From Pirellulales bacterium (GTDB lineage Bacteria; Planctomycetota; Planctomycetia; Pirellulales; JACPPG01), in the NCBI GenBank assembly GCA_035546535.1, contig DASZWQ010000066.1, positions 14,222 through 78,221 of the forward strand: a DNA stretch of 64,000 nucleotides, written 5' to 3'. The position numbers were made by a program, and so were the translations under genes. The notes below the pieces were generated by a model. The model saw only the letters and a program-made list of their open reading frames with translations, was not told the DNA's origin and did no database searches. Shown in pieces: positions 9,111 to 18,746 of the stretch; positions within the stretch are counted from its first letter, which is position 1, and each line of letters starts with the position of its first letter.

Positions 9111-9911
9111 TTACCCGAGCGCCGCGACCAGCGTGGCGACGTAATCCCCCAGCTCGCGCAAAACCTGCTCGCGCGGCCTGGTTGCCGCCTCGGCCACGCG
9201 CCGCACCACGGCCGAGCCGACGATCAGTCCGTCGGCCACCGGCGCAAGCATGCGGACGTGCTCGGGCTGGCTGATGCCGAAGCCGACGCAGACGGGAAGG
9301 TCCGTCTCGCCGCGCAGCCAGCGCAGGTTGTCCAGCAAATCTTGCGGCAGCTCGGTGCGCTCGCCCGTGATGCCTGTCACCGAGACGTAATAGAGGAAAC
9401 CGGTCGACGTCCTGGCGATGCGTAGCACGCGCTCGCGCGGCGTGGTGGGGGCGACGAGCTGGACGAGGCTGAAATCCTCGCCCCGGCAAATGCGCGCTAG
9501 CTCTTCCGATTCATCCGTGGGCAGATCGGGAACGATCATGCCGGCCATGCCCGCCGCGCGGGCGTCACGCACATAGGCGGCCGGGCCATGACGCAGGACG
9601 ATGGCGTAACTGACCATGCTGACGACCGGCGCCGGCAGTTTCGGTTTTGCCTGCCCGACCGCCGCGAAAATTTGCGCGAGCTTGATCTTCTTATCCAGCG
9701 AGCGGGTGTAGGAAGCCTGGATCACGGGGCCGTCAGCGATCGGGTCGCTGTAGGGAATCCCCAGTTCGCACAAGTTCGCGCCACGCCGCATCATTTCGGC
9801 CAAGGCCTGGGTCGTGAATTCCAGGTCCGGATCGCCGGCGGTCACGAAGGGCATGAACGCCTTGCGCTTTTCTGTGCGAAGCTGGCGAAATAGATCGTCA
9901 ATCGCGGACAT
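9111..9911 (-). CDS. trpA: tryptophan synthase alpha chain
   Basis: MSAIDDLFRQLRTEKRKAFMPFVTAGDPDLEFT N-terminus. GFGIS motif (PVCVGFGISQPEHV). Directly downstream of trpB. Confidence 0.9.
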   Translation of the reverse strand: MSAIDDLFRQLRTEKRKAFMPFVTAGDPDLEFTTQALAEMMRRGANLCELGIPYSDPIADGPVIQASYTRSLDKKIKLAQIFAAVGQAKPKLPAPVVSMVSYAIVLRHGPAAYVRDARAAGMAGMIVPDLPTDESEELARICRGEDFSLVQLVAPTTPRERVLRIARTSTGFLYYVSVTGITGERTELPQDLLDNLRWLRGETDLPVCVGFGISQPEHVRMLAPVADGLIVGSAVVRRVAEAATRPREQVLRELGDYVATLVAALG

Positions 9912-9998
9912 TGATTCTCCGGCCAGTAAAACCAAGTTGGCGGCTGTGCCGCACGGACAACAGGTTGTCCGTGCCACGCGGAATTCCTTATAGCTGTC

Positions 9999-11243
9999 TC
10001 ACGCGATCGATTCGCCGCGCAAGCGCGCGATCTCGAAAGCGTCTTTATCGCCGCGTCCCGACAAGCACGCCACGACGACCTGATCCTTCGGCCGCTGGCG
10101 CGCTTCTTCGATCGCCTTGGCAATGGCGTGCGAACTCTCGAGCGCCGGCAAGATCCCTTCGCTGCGGGCCAGCGTGTCGAATGCCGTCAGGGCCTCGCCG
10201 TCTTGCGCGAACGTGTAGCGAACGCGGCCCGAATCCTTCCAATAACTGTGCTCGGGACCCACGCCGGGATAATCGAGGCCTGCCGAGATCGAATGGACGT
10301 CGCTCGTCTGACCATCCTCGTCCTGCATGACGTAGCTATAGCTGCCGTGCAGCACGCCCGGCGCGCCGAACGACAGGGGCGCCGCGTGATCGCCCGGTTT
10401 TACCGACCGGCCGCCGGCCTCGACGCCCAGGAGTTCGACCGATTTGTGCTCGACGAACGGATAGAACATGCCGGCTGAATTGCTGCCTCCGCCGACGCAC
10501 GCTACGACCAGGTCGGGCAGGCGGCCGAGTTGGGCCTGCGATTGCTCGATCGTTTCGCGGCCGATCACGGATTGGAAATCGCGCACGATCACGGGAAACG
10601 GATGCGGCCCCACGACCGACCCCAGGATGTAGTGGGTCGTCTCGACCGAGCTCATCCAGTCGCGCATGGCTTCATTGATCGCGTCGCGCAAGGTGCGCGA
10701 GCCGCTACTGACCGGCCGGACCTCGGCCCCCATCATCCGCATGTTGAAGACATTCAGCTTCTGCCGGCGAATGTCTTCTTCGCCCATGTATACGACGCAA
10801 TCCAGCCCGAAATGGGCGCAGGCGGTGGCCGTGGCGACGCCATGCTGGCCGGCGCCGGTTTCCGCGATCACGCGCTTTTTGCCCATGCGAATGGTGAGCA
10901 GGGCCTGGCCCAGCGTGTTGTTGATCTTGTGCGCGCCGGTGTGATTCAGGTCTTCGCGCTTGAGATAAATCTGCGCGCCGCCGCACTGCTCGCTGAGCCG
11001 GGCCGCGTGATACAGCGGCGAGGGGCGACCGACGTAATTCTTGAACAAGTCGGCCAGCTCGGCCTGAAACTTGGCGTCCCGCTTCGCTTCCTCATACGCC
11101 GCGACAAGCTCTTCCAAGGCCCGCATGAGTGTCTCGGGCACGAAGCGGCCACCGAACGCTCCGAATCGTCCCGCTGCGTCGGGCACATGGGAACTGGCCG
11201 GACCGCTGGCCGATCGACCGGCGGCTGGAGTGGAAGCGGGCAT
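9999..11243 (-). CDS. trpB: tryptophan synthase beta chain
   Basis: PLP-lysine motif [11 protein letters not shown] and [10 protein letters not shown] glycine loop. About 400 aa with full-length similarity pattern to TrpB. Confidence 0.95.
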   Translation of the reverse strand: MPASTPAAGRSASGPASSHVPDAAGRFGAFGGRFVPETLMRALEELVAAYEEAKRDAKFQAELADLFKNYVGRPSPLYHAARLSEQCGGAQIYLKREDLNHTGAHKINNTLGQALLTIRMGKKRVIAETGAGQHGVATATACAHFGLDCVVYMGEEDIRRQKLNVFNMRMMGAEVRPVSSGSRTLRDAINEAMRDWMSSVETTHYILGSVVGPHPFPVIVRDFQSVIGRETIEQSQAQLGRLPDLVVACVGGGSNSAGMFYPFVEHKSVELLGVEAGGRSVKPGDHAAPLSFGAPGVLHGSYSYVMQDEDGQTSDVHSISAGLDYPGVGPEHSYWKDSGRVRYTFAQDGEALTAFDTLARSEGILPALESSHAIAKAIEEARQRPKDQVVVACLSGRGDKDAFEIARLRGESIA

Positions 11244-11296
11244 GCGGAATCCTTGGAAGTTTTACGCGAGCATTGTCATTACCGGCTATCCGAGAA

Positions 11297-11329
11297 CCCT
11301 CTCCCGCCGGGAGAGGGCAGGGTGAGGGC
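11297..11329. repeat. Family C element CCCTCTCCC-N3-GGGAGAGGG-N2-GGGTGAGGG
   Basis: ccctctcccgccgggagagggcagggtgagggc. Same unit as at 17987-18080 and 34198-34230. Confidence 0.6.
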
Positions 11330-11541
11330 CGGGTATTTGGATAGGCTCTTTGGCGGGGCCGCGGCCACCGCCGAAACGTCGATTGTCAGCCGCCTGCCGC
11401 GAGGGGTCAAGGGTGGCTGCGCGCGCCCTGACCCGGCTAATGAGGCAACCGTGATCCTTGTTCGGCAGCCACCGGCAGCGCTACAATTGCTCTCCCTTGT
11501 TTCGTACCCTCCATAATCCTTCAGCGCTACGCATCGGCATC

Positions 11542-12396
11542 ATGCCTGAATTGCCCGAAGTCGAAACCATGCGTCGCGGGATCGCGTCGATCGTCGGCGG
11601 AAAGATCGTGGCGGTCGAACGCTGCCGGCTGCGCGCACGCCCCATTCAGTTCACCCCTGCCGGCGGGAAATTCGATCGCCGCGTCCTTGACAAGAAAGTC
11701 ATGGCTGTTGACCGGCTCGGCAAGCGTGTGGTGGTGCGGCTGGACGACGGAATCGCGCTGGTGTTCGAGCCGCGCATGACGGGGCTTGTGCTCTTGGCGG
11801 ATCCTCCCTCGCGCGACCACTTGCGGCTGCGTATTCATCTGGAGAATCGCCGCGGCAAGCGACAGGAGCTTTTGTACTGGGACCAGCGAGGGCTGGGGTT
11901 GGTTCGCGCGCTCGATGAACAGGGCTTGGAAAAGCTGTACGGGCCCGAGCGGTTGGGGCCCGACGCTCTGACGATCTCGGTCGATCAAATGCGCGAGAAC
12001 CTGGCCAAAAGCCGCCGCCCGATCAAAGTGGCTCTGCTCGATCAGCGAGCCGTGGCCGGGATCGGTAACCTGTACGCTTCCGAGATGTTGCACCTGGCCG
12101 GGATCCACCCGGCCCGGCCGTGCGCTCGCTTGCGGCCCGAAGATTGGCAGCGCTTGCACGCCAGCATGCTTAGCGTGCTGAACGCGGCGATTCGCTACGA
12201 AGGGTCGACCCTGTCCGACGGCACGTACCGCAACGCGCTCAATGAGCAGGGAGGCTATCAAAACCATCACCGGGTTTACGATCGGGCGGACAAACCGTGC
12301 CCCAAGTGCCGCGGCGCGATCGTGCGCATCGTGCAAGCGCAACGTTCAACGTTCTTTTGTCCGACGTGCCAGCCGAAGAAGGCGGCGGGGCGTTGA
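11542..12396 (+). CDS. mutM: formamidopyrimidine-DNA glycosylase
   Basis: N-terminal MPELPEVETMRRGI. C-terminal zinc finger CPKCRGAIVRIVQAQRSTFFCPTCQ. Confidence 0.9.
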   Translation: MPELPEVETMRRGIASIVGGKIVAVERCRLRARPIQFTPAGGKFDRRVLDKKVMAVDRLGKRVVVRLDDGIALVFEPRMTGLVLLADPPSRDHLRLRIHLENRRGKRQELLYWDQRGLGLVRALDEQGLEKLYGPERLGPDALTISVDQMRENLAKSRRPIKVALLDQRAVAGIGNLYASEMLHLAGIHPARPCARLRPEDWQRLHASMLSVLNAAIRYEGSTLSDGTYRNALNEQGGYQNHHRVYDRADKPCPKCRGAIVRIVQAQRSTFFCPTCQPKKAAGR

Positions 12397-12445
12397 CGGT
12401 GGCGAGCGGCAGGCCGATGGCCTATCGCCACGAGAACAAATACGT

Positions 12446-12571
12446 CCACAGATTTCGCAGATTCCACAGATTTGCGGAATGCAGAACGGCCAACCGCGTG
12501 AGGCGCAACGCTCCATGGGCCTCGATAACTCGTTTACTCTTATCTGCGAAAGCTGTGTAATCTGCGGATGG
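12446..12571. repeat. Family D ATCTGCG/CGCAGAT-type inverted repeats
   Basis: ccacagatttcgcagattccacagatttgcgg (12446-12477) and atctgcgaaagctgtgtaatctgcggatgg (12542-12571). cacagatttcgcagat pairs with atctgcgaaagctgtg at 15/16 positions. Confidence 0.5.
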
Positions 12572-12626
12572 ATTACTGAATTTATTCCGCGGGTCCCACG
12601 CTTACCCAAAATTGAATGGCCCTCGG

Positions 12627-12926
12627 TTACGGGAGCGATTTCCTAGAGCTAATCGATTCCAATTGAATCCAAAGTGGCTCATAGCGGGCTAGCACGTATT
12701 TCGCGTTTGTGCTGCTCCGATCGAGTCGTTCTAGGTACAGCTTGCGTTCTGCCTGAAGGTAATAAGCATGCCGATGTTCGTTCATCTCCCCAACGAGCGA
12801 GGGGAGGTTATGAACATGGTCGGCTTCGATCGCGCACTGTTCACAAGCGCCGCTGAGGGCTAGATCGCGTATCCGACACAAAGCGACCTCAAGAATCTCG
12901 ATGTAGATTTGGTCTCGGTCGTTCAT
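12627..12926 (-). CDS. small hypothetical protein in a low-GC islet
   Basis: 99 aa from ATG 12926 (108 aa from TTG 12953). Helical-looking, protein-like composition (MNDRDQIYIEILEVALCRIRDLALSGACEQCAIEADHVHNLPSLVGEMNEHRHAYYLQAERKLYLERL...). No family recognised. Confidence 0.4.
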   Translation of the reverse strand: MNDRDQIYIEILEVALCRIRDLALSGACEQCAIEADHVHNLPSLVGEMNEHRHAYYLQAERKLYLERLDRSSTNAKYVLARYEPLWIQLESISSRKSLP

Positions 12927-12968
12927 CAGATCGGACCCACAACAACAAGGCAATCTGCAAGAAGACCT

Positions 12969-15635
12969 TTAAAACGACCGCGCGGTGCTCGCTTCGGCCT
13001 TTTCCAGTTCTTCCACGGCCGCGAGGAGCCGCGCGCGGATTTCGTCCATGCGCCCCACGTCCGTCACTTTCTGGCCGGCAGCGTCCGTGACGTAGAAGAC
13101 GTCGACGACCTGGTCCAGATACGTACCGATCTTGGCCACCGCAATCGACAGGCCCAGTTCGAACAAGGCGCGGGTGATCGTGTACAACAGTCCCATGCGG
13201 TCGGCTGCGAAGAACTCGATGACCGTAAAGCGGTCCGAGGTGCTGTTGTCGAAGCGCACCTGCGTCGGTAATGGGCTGAGCGCGAGCGGGCTTTGTTTGC
13301 TGCCCGGCCGCCACACGCGGCGAAACGCCGGGCGACTGTCGGCGGGGCTTTTCAGCGAGTTCTCGATCGCGCGCTCGATCTCGGCGATGCGGCCGGCCGG
13401 CGGCTCGTGCGCGAAATCAGGGTCGAGCACCCAGAAGCGGTCGAAAACCAGCCCGTCGGCCAGCGTGTTGATTTCGGCCGACAGGATTTGCAAACCCTGG
13501 CTGGCGAGCGCCCCGCACAGCTTGTGGAAAACGCCGGGCGTAATCGCTTCGTACGTGCCGATTTTGAATTCGACGGTGTGGGCGTCCTTCAGATATTGGG
13601 CTTGTACAGCGACATCTCCCGGGGCAAGTCGATGTAGTTGCTCGAAGTCGGTTAGGATCTGATCCAGCTCGGTTCTTTCCAGATAAGGCGCGGGGGCCGC
13701 GGCCAGTTGCCGGCCCCACCAGGTGCGATAGTCTTCGTCCTTGAGCCGGCCCAGGACGTCTTCGCGCCGCTGGCGTAAAACGTCTTCGTTGCGCAAGGCC
13801 GGCGCGTCGCCCGCCAGATGGACCATGACCGCGCGGTAGACTTCGGTCAGTACCTGCACCTTCCAACCGTTGAGCACGCCAGGGCCAACGGCCTCGAAGT
13901 CGGCCGCCGTAAGCACGAACAGCATTTGCAAGGCCTCGGGCGAGCCGACCTCGACCGCAAAGCGGACAATCAACTGCGGATCGCTCGTGTCGCGGCGAAA
14001 CGCCAGGTGCGCCATCTGCAGATGCTTGTGTACGAGGAACTTGAGCGTTTCCGTGTCCGCCTCGGGCAAGCCCAGTCGCTGCCCGATTTTATCGGCAATG
14101 TCGCGGCCGACGTCGCTGTGGTCCTCGGGAAACCCTTTGCCCAGATCGTGGATCAACAGGGCCAGGTGCAAGAGCCACTTGCGTTTGATGCGCCGATAGA
14201 CGCGTCCCAGCGGCCCTTTATCGTGCCAGAAATTCGTGGCCGCTTCGACGGCGCGCAGGCAATGCTCGTCGACCGTGTACTTGTGATATTCGTTGAATTG
14301 CAAGAGCGACCGGGCGTGCGTAAAGGCCGGAATGATGATCTCGAGCGCGCCCATCGCGTGCAGATTCCGCAATAGCTCGCCCAGCCGCGCCGGATGGTCC
14401 ATCAGTGACAAGAAACGCGAGGCCACCTCGGGCGTGACTTCGTCCGGCAGGCTGGGCACCGCCTGGCGAATGGCCTCACTCGTGGCATGCGCGATCTGCT
14501 TATCGTACCGATTGGCTACGTCGGCCAGACGCAGGATCTGCGCCAAGTCGGTCCGCATTTGTTCCAGGCTGCGCGGATTGACCGACACGTAATTGCGGCT
14601 CACGCGAAAGTCGTGCTCGAACCGATGGCTGTAGAGCGGGCTCAGCACTTCCAGCCAGCCAGGAGCCGAGCGGGCGGTCGTCACGAAGCGCGAGACGATA
14701 TTGCTCACGCCGCTGGTCATGCGAAAATATTCCTGCATGAACTGCTCGACCGGCAGCAGACCGGCCGAGCCTTCGTGGCCGCAAAACTGGGCCAGGCGCA
14801 TTTGCTCGGCGCGGTCGAGCACGTCGCTCGACTTGCCGGCGTGGAAATGCATTTCGTTGCGAATCCGCAACAGGAACTCAGCCGCGCGGCGGATATGATC
14901 GTGGTCGGGGCGCGACAGCTCGCCCGCCAGCCGCAAGCCGTCGGGCTCTGTCACGCCATGCCGCGCGAAACCGACCCACCGTAATAGCTGTATGTCGCGC
15001 AAGCCTCCTTGCGAGCGTTTGATGTTCGGCTCGAGCAAATAGACGGTCTCGCCGTATTGCGAGCGTTCTTCGTGGCGGGCTTCGTCGATCTCGGCGATCA
15101 AGCGGCGAGCCCGGCGGCGCGTCTGCCGTTCGAAGCGATGGGCGAACTGCGTGTACAGGCCAACGCTGCCGGACAGGTAGCGCGATTCGATGAGCGACGT
15201 GCAGATCGTGGCGTCCTGGCGACCGAGCGCGCAGGCGTCGCGCACCGTGCGCACGCTTTGCCCCAGGTGCAGACCGACGTCGAACAGATCGCGCACCATG
15301 CGCTCGGCCAGCGGTGTCACGCGTCGGGTGGCGCCGGGTGAGTGCAGAATCATCAAGTCGACGTCGGAAAACGGCGCGACGTCCCGGCGGCCGTAGCCAC
15401 CGTGCGGAACGAGGGCGATTTGCGTGCCCAGTCCGTGTGGACCGGCTTCGCCGATATCCGCAAGCGCCGCCTCGTAAAGTTCGAGGACGATCGTGTCGAA
15501 CAGGTCGGTCATCGCCGCGCAGATTTGCGAACCGAAGGCCCCACGCGCGTGCCGCTGGCGGAGTTTCTCACGTCCTTCGACGAGCCGCTGCTTGCTGGCG
15601 AGAATGATAGGTCGCAATGTCAAACGCTCGATCAA
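12969..15635 (-). CDS. glnD: [protein-PII] uridylyltransferase/uridylyl-removing enzyme
   Basis: Nucleotidyltransferase motif GGYGRRDVAPFSDVDL. HD motif LLIHDLGKG. Two ACT-like C-terminal regions. Linked to glnK/amtB. The TTG start at 15635 is uncertain. Confidence 0.9.
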   Translation of the reverse strand: MIERLTLRPIILASKQRLVEGREKLRQRHARGAFGSQICAAMTDLFDTIVLELYEAALADIGEAGPHGLGTQIALVPHGGYGRRDVAPFSDVDLMILHSPGATRRVTPLAERMVRDLFDVGLHLGQSVRTVRDACALGRQDATICTSLIESRYLSGSVGLYTQFAHRFERQTRRRARRLIAEIDEARHEERSQYGETVYLLEPNIKRSQGGLRDIQLLRWVGFARHGVTEPDGLRLAGELSRPDHDHIRRAAEFLLRIRNEMHFHAGKSSDVLDRAEQMRLAQFCGHEGSAGLLPVEQFMQEYFRMTSGVSNIVSRFVTTARSAPGWLEVLSPLYSHRFEHDFRVSRNYVSVNPRSLEQMRTDLAQILRLADVANRYDKQIAHATSEAIRQAVPSLPDEVTPEVASRFLSLMDHPARLGELLRNLHAMGALEIIIPAFTHARSLLQFNEYHKYTVDEHCLRAVEAATNFWHDKGPLGRVYRRIKRKWLLHLALLIHDLGKGFPEDHSDVGRDIADKIGQRLGLPEADTETLKFLVHKHLQMAHLAFRRDTSDPQLIVRFAVEVGSPEALQMLFVLTAADFEAVGPGVLNGWKVQVLTEVYRAVMVHLAGDAPALRNEDVLRQRREDVLGRLKDEDYRTWWGRQLAAAPAPYLERTELDQILTDFEQLHRLAPGDVAVQAQYLKDAHTVEFKIGTYEAITPGVFHKLCGALASQGLQILSAEINTLADGLVFDRFWVLDPDFAHEPPAGRIAEIERAIENSLKSPADSRPAFRRVWRPGSKQSPLALSPLPTQVRFDNSTSDRFTVIEFFAADRMGLLYTITRALFELGLSIAVAKIGTYLDQVVDVFYVTDAAGQKVTDVGRMDEIRARLLAAVEELEKAEASTARSF

Positions 15636-15733
15636 ATTAGCAACGAGGGTACTAGTGCTTTGTCAACACTGAGAATTATGGTTGGCAAAGCACGACCGCC
15701 GAACACGCAAGTGGTTCGGCGGCAAACAAATAG

Positions 15734-16126
<393 letters not shown>

Positions 16127-16218
16127 TCAACTCCTGGTTAGCCCCGCCCGCACCGCGCGGCGGTTGGATCGCGCCGCGCGGCCGGCCACAAATAAGTATT
16201 GGATTGCGGACGCTGGAA

Positions 16219-17715
16219 TCAAATGAATATATAGCCTTCCTCGCCATGTTGGCTGAGGTCCAGGCCCTGGATTTCTTCGCGTTGCGAGACACGCAGTCCC
16301 ATCGCGACGTCCAAGACCTTGAGAATGACAAACGTCCCTACGGCGGCCGCGACCCAAGTGACGCCTGCCGCGACGGCCTGGGCAAGGATGCCGGGATGAG
16401 CCATCGATGCCGGCGCGGCGCCGGCCTTCATTTCCTCCAGCAGGCCCAAGGGGACGGCTCCGCCACCGACAATTTTGGTGGCAAAAATGCCCGTCAGGAG
16501 AGCGCCGAGCGTGCCTCCCACGCCGTGTACGCCGAAGGCGTCGAGCGAGTCGTCATAGCCGAGCCTGGTCTTGAGCGTGGTACACGCCAGAAAGCAGATG
16601 ACGCCGGCGGCGGCTCCCATGGCCAAGGCCGGCATCGGCTGCACGAAACCCGACGCGGGCGTAATACACACCAAGCCCGCCACGACTCCGGAGCAGGTCC
16701 CCAGGACGCTGGGCTTCGCGCGCGTGATCCATTCCATGACGGCCCAGGCCAGCCCCCCGGCCGCGGCGGCAAAATGCGTGGCGGTGAATGCGGCAGCGGC
16801 CTGTTCGGTCGCGGCCAGCGCGCTACCGGTGTTGAAGCCGAACCAACCGACCCATAGGAGCGCCGCCCCGGCCGTCGTGTACGTCAGGTTGTGTGGCGGC
16901 ATCGGTTCGGCCTTGAAGCCCAGGCGTTTGCCCATCACTAGCGCGCAAACAAGCGCCGAAACGCCCGAGCTGATATGCACGACGGTCCCGCCGGCGAAGT
17001 CGAGGGCGCCGACCAGGGCGCCGTCAGTCTTCGTGCCGCCCGGAATATCCCAAGCCAGCAATCCGCCGTCCCATACCCAATGGCACAAGGGACAATAGAT
17101 CAGCGTCCCCCACAGAATCATGAAGACGACCATGGTGCTGAACTTCATGCGCTCGGCGAAGGCACCGCAGATCAGGGCCGGCGTAATGATGAAGAACATG
17201 CCCTGGAACAGCATGTGCGTCAGGCGCGGGATCGTGCCCTCGACGGGATAGATGACGGCGCCGTCCTTTTCGAAGGGCTGCACGTTGCGCATGAACAGGA
17301 AGTCGGTATTGCCTATCCAGGGGTTGTAGTTCGCCTCACCCGGCACGCCGCCGAAGGCGAGCGAATAACCCCACAGAGCCCAGATCACGGTCATCAAGGC
17401 CATCAGGAAAACGCATTGCATCATGACGCTGAGCACATTCTTCTTACGAACCAGCCCGCAGTAGAAAAGGGCCAGGCCGGGCGCCGTCATCATCAGCACG
17501 AGCGCCGAGCTGACGAGCATCCAGGCGTGATCTCCCTTGTCGATCGGCTGTGGAGGAGGCTCGATGTGCGAGCTTTCCGGCGTTTCATTGATCACGGCCG
17601 GCACTTCGGCCGCGGCCTCGGGCGTGATGGCCGGCTGTGCGACCGCCTGCTCGACGACGACGGCTGCCAGCCAACACGCGCAAACGAGCGTCGCGAAGAA
17701 CCTCGTTGCCAACAT
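16219..17715 (-). CDS. amtB: ammonium transporter (Amt family)
   Basis: ATG 17715 gives signal-like MLATRFFATLVCACWLAAVVVEQAVA. Amt signature LDFAGGTVVHISSG. Multiple TM segments. Confidence 0.9.
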   Translation of the reverse strand: MLATRFFATLVCACWLAAVVVEQAVAQPAITPEAAAEVPAVINETPESSHIEPPPQPIDKGDHAWMLVSSALVLMMTAPGLALFYCGLVRKKNVLSVMMQCVFLMALMTVIWALWGYSLAFGGVPGEANYNPWIGNTDFLFMRNVQPFEKDGAVIYPVEGTIPRLTHMLFQGMFFIITPALICGAFAERMKFSTMVVFMILWGTLIYCPLCHWVWDGGLLAWDIPGGTKTDGALVGALDFAGGTVVHISSGVSALVCALVMGKRLGFKAEPMPPHNLTYTTAGAALLWVGWFGFNTGSALAATEQAAAAFTATHFAAAAGGLAWAVMEWITRAKPSVLGTCSGVVAGLVCITPASGFVQPMPALAMGAAAGVICFLACTTLKTRLGYDDSLDAFGVHGVGGTLGALLTGIFATKIVGGGAVPLGLLEEMKAGAAPASMAHPGILAQAVAAGVTWVAAAVGTFVILKVLDVAMGLRVSQREEIQGLDLSQHGEEGYIFI

Positions 17716-17986
17716 GCTACGCCCTCCCCGGTAAGGAACGTTCCAAGACGCCAGCCGAATAACCGGCCCCGGATCGTCCGCCTGAAATTCGAATTCCGTG
17801 TGTGATGGCTGGTGGGCGGTTGATTGCGACGGAATATAAGCAACCACAAGCGCGCTCACCCTGGCATTTGGCCTCCCCCCGACGAAAGCGCCCACAAGGT
17901 ACCGAAGAGAAGCACGATTAGTAAAGCCGATCCTTGCGCCGGTAGTGGATGATCAGCGTGTGATGTCTCGGCCGAGCAAGGAGGTT

Positions 17987-18080
17987 CCCTCTACCTTCGG
18001 GAGAGGGTTAGGGTGAGGGTATTCGAGGTCGAATCTGATTCCGTTCCCCTCACCCCGGCCCTCTCCCGGAAGGGAGAGGG
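17987..18080. repeat. Family C elements, inverted pair
   Basis: ccctctaccttcgggagagggttagggtgagggt (17987-18020) and the inverted copy cccctcaccccggccctctcccggaagggagaggg (18047-18080). Confidence 0.6.
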
Positions 18081-18114
18081 AGTTCACGGCGACCGGGTGA
18101 CAGTTTCTCACCGG

Positions 18115-18663
18115 TTACGTGGGCGACTTTTGCCAGGGGACATCGGCACGACCGGCGGATTGATTCGTAGCCCGGGCCAGGACAAAGAGCAGATCGCTGA
18201 GCCGATTCAGGTACACAAGCAGCGTCGGACCGATTTGCTCCGTGGCCGCCAGGGTGACCAGGCGTCTCTCCGCGCGCCGACACACCGTGCGCGCCAGGTG
18301 CAAAAGCGCCGCTGCACGCGTACCACCCGGCAGAATGAATTGCCGCAAGGGAGCCAGCTGAGCTTCGTGGCGATCGATGGCCTGTTCCAGCGCCGCGATG
18401 CTGCCGGCGTTCAACATGGCCATGCTCTTCGCCTGGGGATCGGGCGTCGCCAGCTCCGCGCCCAGATCAAACAGTTCGTTTTGAATGCGCGCCACCAACA
18501 GGTCGATATCCGAGGGCAATGCCTCGGCGCGGGCAAGCCCCAGCACGGCGTTCAGCTCATCCACCGTCCCGTAGGCTTCGATCCGCGGCGCATCCTTGGG
18601 AACGCGCGGGCCGCCGAACAAACCTGTCTCGCCCGTGTCACCGGTCTTCGTATAAATCTTCAT
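18115..18663 (-). CDS. ATP:cob(I)alamin adenosyltransferase, PduO type
   Basis: MKIYTKTGDTGETGLFGG N-terminus. RIEAYGTVDELNAVLG. About 180 aa. Confidence 0.85.
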   Translation of the reverse strand: MKIYTKTGDTGETGLFGGPRVPKDAPRIEAYGTVDELNAVLGLARAEALPSDIDLLVARIQNELFDLGAELATPDPQAKSMAMLNAGSIAALEQAIDRHEAQLAPLRQFILPGGTRAAALLHLARTVCRRAERRLVTLAATEQIGPTLLVYLNRLSDLLFVLARATNQSAGRADVPWQKSPT

Positions 18664-18746
18664 CTGCTTCTCCGAAAGATCGCGATGAGCGGCCAAGGTG
18701 CGGGGCCGGGGGCGCGCGTCTATAATCGGTCAAGCATCTTACCAAA

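Noticed and set aside
7873-9489. 538-aa ORF on the minus strand
   Set aside because: It is Arg/Ala/Gly-dominated and lies antisense to the well-supported Tat-signal gene (7891-8970) and into trpA. This is a typical stop-poor antisense frame in high-GC DNA.
17716-17900. Possible glutamine (glnA-type) riboswitch in the amtB leader
   Set aside because: Only loose fragments (GGCGGACGA, GGAACG) are present. The conserved ACGGAAGUAGG/GAAGGAACG core and pairing could not be found by eye. cmscan would settle it.
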